In this document: positions 54,663 through 64,000 of the stretch, piece by piece | Layout: the number at the start of each line of letters is the position of its first letter | How positions within the stretch are numbered: the first letter of the stretch is position 1 | Source: the human T2T-CHM13v2.0 reference genome, Homo sapiens | Reading direction: 5' to 3' (one strand) | Assembly: GCF_009914755.1 (NCBI RefSeq) | Contig: NC_060927.1 | DNA length: 64,000 nucleotides | The notes under the pieces: model-generated | Seen by the model: only the letters and a program-made list of their open reading frames with translations | What the model was told of the DNA's origin: nothing | Databases searched by the model: none | Translations under genes and position numbers: made by a program

Positions 54663-56589
54663 CTTACATATAAAGAATTTAAATGTCTCCTCTTTCTTAA
54701 GCCGAAAGGGTCAAGGGTTACAGAATAGTTTTTAATACTACCTTTAATTTATTTATTTATACCATTTTGTTTACCAAATATTCCTATTCCTCAAGTTTCT
54801 GACCTGAGTGTCAGGGTGGCTCCATAATGTTTATAGAGAAGAGCATTAGGGTATCACCACTTAAGAAGGGACCTCAAGGACTTGGCTTGCTGCTATATGT
54901 ACTTGGTTAGCACCCTGTTTTTACATGGAAAATAGATATTGGTGGGGGGAGGTCTGGAATAGCTGATGAAAATTATAGGTGGTGAAGGAAATCAAAGGGC
55001 CAAGGCACTTAAGTGATTTAGCCACTAATTTTTCTGTTCCTTTCATATGTCTTTTTTGGATGGTCGCTTTTATTCCAAGTAAATGAAACACAAGCTAGCG
55101 TCTAAGACATTTTTTTTTCTATTCCTGTTTCTATTTTTCTACCTTTTTTTAAGAGGACATCCTGAATATCTTAATGGTAAACCTGAATCATATAAACTCC
55201 ATACTCATCCCACTAAAAACATCTCTATACTTTTTGCTTCCCCTTTACATTTCTGAAGTTAGTACCACCATTCTTACAGTCTTAGAAACTAGACATGTTA
55301 ACATTGTCCCATCTCCTTTATTCACTCTGTCCTATATTTTCTCGCTCCTTATTGGATCACTATGGTCATATTTCATAGAAAAATAACTTGGATTTGTATG
55401 GCCTAAGTATTCCAGACCAGGAGGACAGTTTGCCAAAGCATGGAGAACCTGAGCTAAATATTCTAGACCAGGAGAGCAGTTTGCCAAAGGAGTTGGCTTT
55501 GGCTTCCATGTTATTGGAACAGGCTGATTTGGCATAGGATATTTACCAGGCTGATACTGGATAGGATGGGATAGTTGGCTGATACAAGGGGAAGGTACTG
55601 GGCTGCTGTGGAAGCCTCCAGATGGAGGGATGGCTGACAAATGAAATAATTGAAACAATGACATAATTATGTATATTTAAAGTTATAATATTTTAGGACA
55701 TGGGATGAATTTTTATTTGTAGATGACATGGGTCACATGACAGCTTTTTAGATATAACAAAAGTCTCCACTTTCTGAGGACATGGCATTTCATATATCAA
55801 AAGCCTACTAGGGAGATTTCCAGATCATGGAGAAATATAATCCTCTTAAACCATATGAAATTAGGTATACCAATTTCACAAGTACAAACACTAAGATTGA
55901 GGAGATTGTCAATATCTCTTCACAACTATCTCATCAGGCTGTTGCAGAGTCAGCACAGGGCATGGCATAAAATCAGCACTATGCAAATTTCTATTATGTT
56001 CATTATTATTATTATTCAAGTTCACATAGATAGAAGGTGATAACGCTGGGATTTGAAATTAGGTCTTAATCTCAAAGTGGTGATTTTAAGCCTGTTATAT
56101 TGCCTCTGATTCAGTCACTTGTTTATATGAACATCATCTGGTTCTCAGACAGCTCACCTCCAACATGGCATCAGTTAACTATTAACTTTGTCAATATAAA
56201 TAAGATCACAGTCAAGGAAATCAGATTTTGTTAAGAAAACATAACATTTTAAGATAAGCACTCATAATCATAAATTCATATGAATATACCACTAATGTAT
56301 GACTTTAGTTGTTATTCTTTTATCAAATGTCTCTTAAAAAGAGCAGTGATATCATTTTTCTCTCATCCCTTTCCCTCCCCCAGCCAAGATGGTGGCAGTA
56401 GAGGACCAGTAGGGAGCCTGAACTCCAGCCAAGCAGTAACAATGAGCACTTCCTCATCCCCATTCCTGTGAAAATAGGCTTCCTAGTAAGGTGGCAGGGT
56501 CTCTTTCTAGCCACTGGAAAAGCAAGGATAACTTTATTTCACAATAATTGCTAAAATTTTAGAGAAATAGTGTACATTATCTCATTTCC

Positions 56590-57790
<1,201 letters not shown>

Positions 57791-57944
57791 TGAGAGGCCA
57801 AAAGAAGATAAGTTAAACATTTAAATAAAAAGTATGTATCTGCAACATTATGGGAATAACTGAAGGGTAAAAACTAGAAGTTGACATGAGTTTTGAAAGA
57901 AGCAGCGGGGGCAGATGTAGTGGATTCCATTAGGCCGAATATAT

Positions 57945-58048
57945 TCACATAGACACATACACACACACACACACACTTATATACATAGATGTATATACAC
58001 AGACATATAAACACATACATATATATGCACACGTATATATAGAAAATA
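57945..58048 (+). repeat. Degenerate (CA)n/(TA)n microsatellite
   Basis: Mixed CA/TA dinucleotide tract. Confidence 0.85.
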
Positions 58049-58149
58049 TATGTTATCTTCAAAGAATGAAATTTCAATATTTCAGAATTTTCATATTTCC
58101 AAGTTCTAGGTGATGACGAAGAGGAACAATGTCAACTAAGGCTATAATT

Positions 58150-58348
58150 TACTGACTGTTTATCAAGGGTCAGGCACTCAGCCAAGCAGTTTGCCTACAT
58201 TGTCTCTAATTATAACATGTCTCCAAGATACATATCATTTGCCCAATTTTATAGATGAGATAATGAGCTCAGAGAAATAGAAATTTAACTGTATAGCTTA
58301 GTAAATGATTAAGCCCACTAAAGTCAAGTACCTTTGAATCCAAACTCC
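58150..58348 (-). mobile_element. MIR SINE
   Basis: CCCAATTTTATAGATGAGATAATGAGCTCAGAGA...TTTGAATCCAAA. Confidence 0.65.
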
Positions 58349-58364
58349 AAGTTCTTTTTTGTAA

Positions 58365-58590
58365 ATTTTTAAAATTAAAAAAAAATTTTTTGTGAGTATA
58401 TAGTAGTTGTATATATTTATGGGGCACATGAGATGTTTTGATACTGGCATGCCATGTGAAATAAACATATCATGTAGAATGGGGTATCCATCCCCACAAG
58501 CATTTATCCTTTGAGTTACAAACAATCCAATTACATTCTTTAAGTTATTTTAATATATACAGTTTAATTATTATTGACTATAGTCACCAT
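58365..58590 (-). mobile_element. L1MA1/2-type 3' end fragment
   Basis: TATATATTTATGGGGCACATGAGATGTTTTGATAC...GAATGGGGTATCCATCCCC. Confidence 0.85.
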
Positions 58591-58959
58591 ATTCTTTCTA
58601 CTATGTTATCCTGTTTATCAGTGTTTAGATTGTGTTCATTTGTGTAGCTCAAGTGAGATGGAAAGCTGCTGAGGTAGAGTAGGTCAAGGAAGCATTAGAA
58701 CAGCATATTGATACTGATTTGACTTAAGAAACTCACCAAGTCATAAGCCAATATGTAGATTTTCAGCCCAACTGTGTGTCTTGCTATGTATGGGAGAAAG
58801 AGGCCAATTAGGCTTGAACTATTTCCACTCTCTCACTGGTGCCTGAGTTAGTTGTATAGTATCAAGAGGTATAAAAGTATTCTGGGACACATCAAAAAGC
58901 ATGTCTCAATTATTGGACAGCCAAAGTAGTTCAAGTATTGGTCTTACCCCTCAATGATA

Positions 58960-59882
58960 AAAATCTCTGGCATTTTGGAAAACAACAAATATTTATGGAA
59001 ACTTCAACTCTGGTCATTCCTAGGTATATACCCTTGAACGATTTACACATGTACACAAACGATATGTATGAGAATATTCTCAACACCATTGTTCATATGA
59101 AGAGAAACTGAAAACATTTATAATGTCCATCAACAGCAGACTTGATGTGGTATAATCATACAATAGCACACTAGTGAAAACAAAAATATAGCCTCATGCA
59201 TTCATGAATAAAACTCAAAAATGTAATAGTGAGATACAGAAGCAAGTCACTGGAGAAGATAGTATTTTATTTTAAAATATTTACGAACAGAAAAACTAAA
59301 TAATGTTTTTTTTCAGATGCATGTATGAAGTTAAAACTTAAAAAGAAAGCTAGGGAATGAAGAGAAACACAAAAACACAATGGTTATCTTTGGAGAGGAG
59401 TGACGAGGAACAAGAGACTAACTTTCTGCTAATAGTCTTAAGTAATAGAGATGATAGGTCATTATTCTTTAAATGAAATGTGTGTTTATGAATTTTTAGA
59501 TATATGACATTAGTTCACATATAAAAGAACCATTTGACAGCAAGTAGATTGGTGGTTGGGGAGATGAAGAATGTGGGGAGATTTTGGTCAAAGGATACAA
59601 ACTTTGAGTTATAAAATAGATCCTGGAGATCTAACATTTAGCAAAGTGACTGTACTTGATAATAATTCATTGTATACTTGAAATTTGCTGAGAACAAATA
59701 AGTATTTTCACCACATACATACACACACCATGGTAACTCAGTGAGACAATGGATATGTTAATTAGCTTGATTGTGGTAATCATTTCACAATATTTATTTA
59801 TATCAAAAGATTACATCATATACCTTAAACATATATAATTTTTGTCAATACACCTAAGTAAAGCTGAAAAAATAAATAATAA
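58960..59882 (+). mobile_element. L1ME 3' fragment followed by an L1MA8/9-like 3' end (about 59540-59882)
   Basis: GGTCAAAGGATACAAACTTTGAGTTATAA...GGATATGTTAATTAGCTTGATTGTGGTAATCATTTCACAA and an A-rich tail. Confidence 0.7.
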
Positions 59883-60280
59883 TAGAATGCATTTAAGAAA
59901 AAGGTTACACTAAATATGTAACTGTCAAACTTAGATATTTAGATATCAGAATTTGGAAAGGTAATAAATTCAGGCTTTGGAACTCTAATGGAACAAGGAA
60001 ATTAAAACATATCAAATTACTTTTCTATTATAATGTCATTCAGCAGATATTTTAAATATCTTCTATGAGCCATATATTTAGATTTATTGGATGTCAAAAT
60101 CAAGATGAGTAGTCAAATAATGTCTCTTTTGAAAGCACAAAACTTTTAAAAAAAGTTTTTTCAATCTCTGAAAAAAATGAAATAATAAAAACTTACCCAG
60201 AAGTATATAGTCTGTTTTACATCTGTGAAGATCTGCGTAATGGAGACCCTGAGTTGGGTATAGGTGATAGACACTCCCCT

Positions 60281-60705
60281 TGTATTAGTCCATTCATGCA
60301 TTGCTATAATGAAATACCTGAGACTGGGTAATTTATAAATACAAGTGTTTTAATTGGCTCAACGTTTTGCAGACTGTACAGGAAGCATGAGTTTGGTATC
60401 TGCTCAGCTTCTGGGGAGGCCTCAGGAAACTTACAATCATAGCAGAAGGTGAAGGGGAAGCAGGCATGTTACATGGCCAGTGTAGGAATGAGAGAGTGAG
60501 GGGGGTGGTGCTACACACTTTTAAACAACCAGATCTCATTAAAACTCACTCACTATCACAAGAATAGTACCAAGGAGGAGGGTGGTAAACCATTCATGAG
60601 AAATCCATCCCCCTGATCTAGTCACTCCCCACAAGCCCACCTACAACACTGGGGATTATGTTTCAATATGAGATCTGGATGGGGAGACACATTCAAACTA
60701 TATCA
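60281..60705 (-). mobile_element. MSTA solo LTR
   Basis: TGTATTAGTCCATT...GAAATACCTGAGACTGGGTAATTTATAAA...CAAACTATATCA. Confidence 0.9.
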
Positions 60706-60957
60706 GCTCTTGTGACTCTAATGATGCAATAATTACTGCTCGTCTCCCCTCTAGCCACCACTTGCTCCCATTGCACCTCAATATTCCTCAGTATTCACTC
60801 TCACTATCAGTTCCCAGCTTCAAATCTCTTCCATAGTAATACTTTACTATCCACCTACTGAGAGCTGCTGGAATTGGATGAATACGCCATATTTAAAAAC
60901 AGATAAAAAATAGTTGTCCCATGAAAGGAAAAGTGAAAGAACTGTGGTTACTATTAC

Positions 60958-61371
60958 TTTCAGGCCTCTGAGCCCAAGCTAAGCCATCATATCCCCTGTG
61001 ACCTGCACATACACATCCAGATGGCTGGTTCCTGCCTTAGCTGATGACATTCCACCACAGAAGAAGTGAAAATGGCCTGTTCCTGCCTTAACTGATGACA
61101 TTATCTTGTGAAATTCCTTCTCCTGGCTCATCCTGGCTCAAAAGCTCCCCTACTGAGCACCTTGTGACCCCCACTCCTGCCCATCAGAGAACAACCCCTT
61201 TGACTGTAATTTTCCTTTACCTATCCAAATCCTATAAAACGGCCCCACCCCTATATCTCCCTTTTCTGACTCTCTTTTCAGACTCAGTCCGCCTGCACCC
61301 AGGTGAAATAAACAGCCTTGTTGCTCAAACAAAGCCTGTTTGGTGGTCTCTTCACATGGATGCACATGAAA
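60958..61371 (+). promoter_or_regulatory. LTR7 (5' LTR)
   Basis: TCAGGCCTCTGAGCCCAAGCTAAGCCATC start, duplicated CCTGCCTTA(G/A)CTGATGACATT blocks, TATAAAA at about 61233, AATAAA at about 61307. Confidence 0.95.
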
Positions 61372-61373
61372 TT

Positions 61374-61391
61374 TGGTGCCGTGTCTCGGAT
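61374..61391 (+). other. Primer binding site, tRNA-His
   Basis: TGGTGCCGTGTCTCGGAT versus TGGTGCCGTGACTCGGAT (1 mismatch). Confidence 0.93.
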
Positions 61392-61942
61392 CGGGGGACA
61401 TCCCTTGGGAGATCAATCCCCTGTCCTCCTGCTTTTTGCTCCGTGAGAAAGATCCACCTACAACCTCAGGTCCTCAGACCGACCAGTCCAAGGAACATCT
61501 CACCAACTTCAAATCCAGTAAGTGGCCTCTTTTTACTCTCTTTTCCAACCTCTCTCACTATCCCTCAACCTCTTTCTCCTTTCAACTGCCACACTTCAAT
61601 CTCTCCCTTCTCTTAATTTCAATTCCTTTCATTTTCTCGTAGAGACAAAGGAGACACATTTTATCCGTGGACCCAAAACTCCGGCACCAGTCATGTACTC
61701 AGAAGACAGCCTTCCCTTAGTGTTTAATCATTGTGGGGATGCCTCTCTGATTATTCACCCACATTCCATTGGTGTCTGATCTCCGCAGGGATGCCTGACT
61801 TGATCTTTCACCCATGTTCCCTTGGTGGCAAGTCAATTGCGGGGACACCTGCTTTGGCTGCTCACCCACGTTGCAGCCCAGGGCTGCTCCCCACCCCCTT
61901 CTCCATGTCTCTACCCTCTTCTTTAAACTTGCCTCCTTCACT

Positions 61943-63170
61943 ATGGGCAACCTTCCACCCTCCATTCCTCCTTCTTCTCCCTTAACCTGTGTTCTTAAAA
62001 ACCTAAAACCTCTTCAACTCACACCTGACCTAAAACCTAAATGCCTTATTTTCTTTTGCAATCCTGCCTGACCCCAGTACAAACTCAACAGTGGTTCCAA
62101 ATAGCCATAAAATGGCACTTTCAATTTTTCCATCCTACAAGATCTAAATAATTCTTGTCGTAAAATGGGCAAACGGTCTGGGGTGCCTGATGTCCAGGCA
62201 TTCTTTACACATTGGTCCCTCCTTAGTCTCTGTGCCCAGTGCAACTCCTCCCAAATCTTCCTTCTTTCCCTCCCACCTGTCCCCTCAGCCCCAACCCCAA
62301 GCGTTGCTGAGTCTTTCTAATCTTCCTTTTCTACAGACCCATCTGACCTCTCCCCTCCTCACCAGGACAAGCTAGGTGCCAATTCTTCCTCAGCCTCCCC
62401 TCTTCCACCCTATAATTCTTTTATCACCTCCCTTCCTCACACCCAGTCCACCTTACAGTTTTGTTCTGTGACTAGCCCTCCCCCACCTGCCCAGCAATTT
62501 ACTCTTAAAAAGGTGGCTGGAGCTAAAGGCATAGTCAAGGTTAATGCTCCTTTTTCTTTATCCCAAAACAGCGTTTAGACTCTTTTTCATCAAATGTAAA
62601 AACCCAGCCCAGTTCATGGCTCATTTGGCAGCAACCCTGAGATGCTTTACAGCCCTAGACCCTAAAAGGTCAAAAGGCCATCTTATTCTCAATATACATT
62701 ACCCAATCTGCTCTCGACATTAAATAAAACTCCAAAAATTAAATTCTGGCCCTCAAACCCCACAACAGGACTTAATTAACCTCACCTTCAAGGTGTACAA
62801 TAATAGAGTAGAGGCAGCCAAGTAGCAGCGTATTTTTGAGTTGCAATTCCTTGCCTCCACTATGAGACAAACCCCAGCCACATCTCCGGCACACAAGAAC
62901 TTCCAAACGCCTAAACCGCAGTGGCCAGGCATTCCTCCAGGCCTGCCTCCCCTAGGAGCTTGCTACAAGTGCTAGAAATCTGGCCATCAGGCCAAGGAAT
63001 GCCCGCAGCCTGGGATTCCTCCTAAGCCATGTCCCATCTGTACGGGACCACACTGAAAATCAGACTGTTCAACTCACCTGGCAGCCACTCCCAGAGCCCC
63101 TGGAACTCTGGCCTAAGGCTTTCTGACTGACTCCTTCCCAGATCTTCTCAGCTTAGCAGCTGAAGACTGA
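61943..63170 (+). pseudogene. gag: HERV-H gag remnant with two NC zinc knuckles
   Basis: MGNLPPSIPPSSPL start; CYKC*KSGHQAKEC at 62961-63002 and CPICTGPH*KSDC at about 63030-63068. Confidence 0.85.
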
Positions 63171-63179
63171 CACTGCCCG

Positions 63180-64000
63180 ATAGCCTTGGAAGCCCCCTAG
63201 ACCATCACGGATGCCGAGCTTTAAGTAACTCTCACAGTGGAAGGTAAGTCCATCCCCTTCTTAATCAATACGAAGGCTACCCACACCACATCTCCACATT
63301 ACCTTCTTTTCAAAGGACTGTTTCCCTTGCCTCCATAACTGTTGTGGGTATTGATGGCCAGGCTTCTAAACCTCTTAAAGCTCCCTAACTCTGGTGCCAA
63401 GTTAGAAAATACTCTTTTAAGCACTCCTTTTTAGTTATCCCAGTTCCTTTATTAGGCCAAGACACTTTAACTAAATTATCCACTTCCCTGAGTATTCCTG
63501 GACTACAGCCACATCTCATTGCCACCCTTCTTCCCAATCCAAAGCCTCCCTTGTGTCCTCCCTTTTTTATCCCCCCACCTTAACCCACAAGGATAAGATA
63601 CCTCTACTCCCTCCTTGGCGACTGATCACGCATCCCTTACCATCTCATTAAAACCTAATCACCCTTACCCTGCTCAATGCCAATCTCCCATCCCACAGCA
63701 TGCTTTCAAAGGATTAAAGCCTGTTATCACTGGCCTGTTACAGCATGACCTTTTAAAGCCTATAAATTCTTCTTACAATTCCCCCATTTTACCCGTCCTA
63801 GAACCAGACAAGCCTTACAGGTTAGTTCAGGATCTGCACCTTATCAACACAATTGTTTTGCCTATTCACCCCATGGTGCCAAACCCATATACTCTCCTAT
63901 CCTCAATACCTCCCTCCACAACCCATTATTCTGTTCTGGATCTCAAACATGCTTTCTTTACTATTCCTTTGCACCCTTCATCCCAGCCTCTCTTTGCTTT
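63180..64000 (+). pseudogene. pol: HERV-H pro-pol remnant (protease, RT N-terminus)
   Basis: Degenerate protease site FLINTKATH; RT peptides YNSPILPV...YRLVQDL...NPYTLLS...YSVLDLKHAFFTIPLHP. Confidence 0.88.

Larger units (their letters stand above)
60958..64000 (+). mobile_element. HERV-H provirus, 5' part (continues past the window)
   Basis: LTR7, PBS-His, C-rich HERV-H internal sequence, and gag/pro/RT remnants. Confidence 0.96.

Noticed and set aside
50717-55489. Direct repeats as a CRISPR-like array
   Set aside because: There are only two copies of each and no repeat-spacer series, and the context is eukaryotic.
61095-61616. 173-aa ORF
   Set aside because: It spans LTR7, the PBS and the leader, starts at a non-initiating position and has no known domain.

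Overview
This is gene-poor, AT-rich primate (human-like) genomic DNA made mostly of nested transposable elements. I found no intact protein-coding gene, RNA gene or CRISPR-like system. Nearly all ORFs in the track are repeat-derived or chance. The left half (1-35 kb) is an L1 graveyard: L1PA, L1PB, L1MA and L1M pieces with inserted THE1/MST LTR elements and Alus. The right half holds a two-LTR, internally deleted class I provirus (40624-46960; HERV-IP group, HERVP71A/LTR71-like, PBS-Pro, 5-bp TSD ATAAT), a MER11 solo LTR with a 6-bp TSD, and the 5' part of a HERV-H provirus that runs off the right edge. The most unusual signal is a cluster of templated, mostly inverted insertions inside the HERV-IP-like provirus: an inverted LTR piece in pol, an inverted copy of the env start that keeps ancestral TGG codons, a foreign filler at the gag-pol deletion, and a fold-back in TM. 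Similar fold-back scars occur in an L1PB-like element. Subfamily names come from recalled consensus sequences and were not verified by a search; boundaries of old repeats are approximate.
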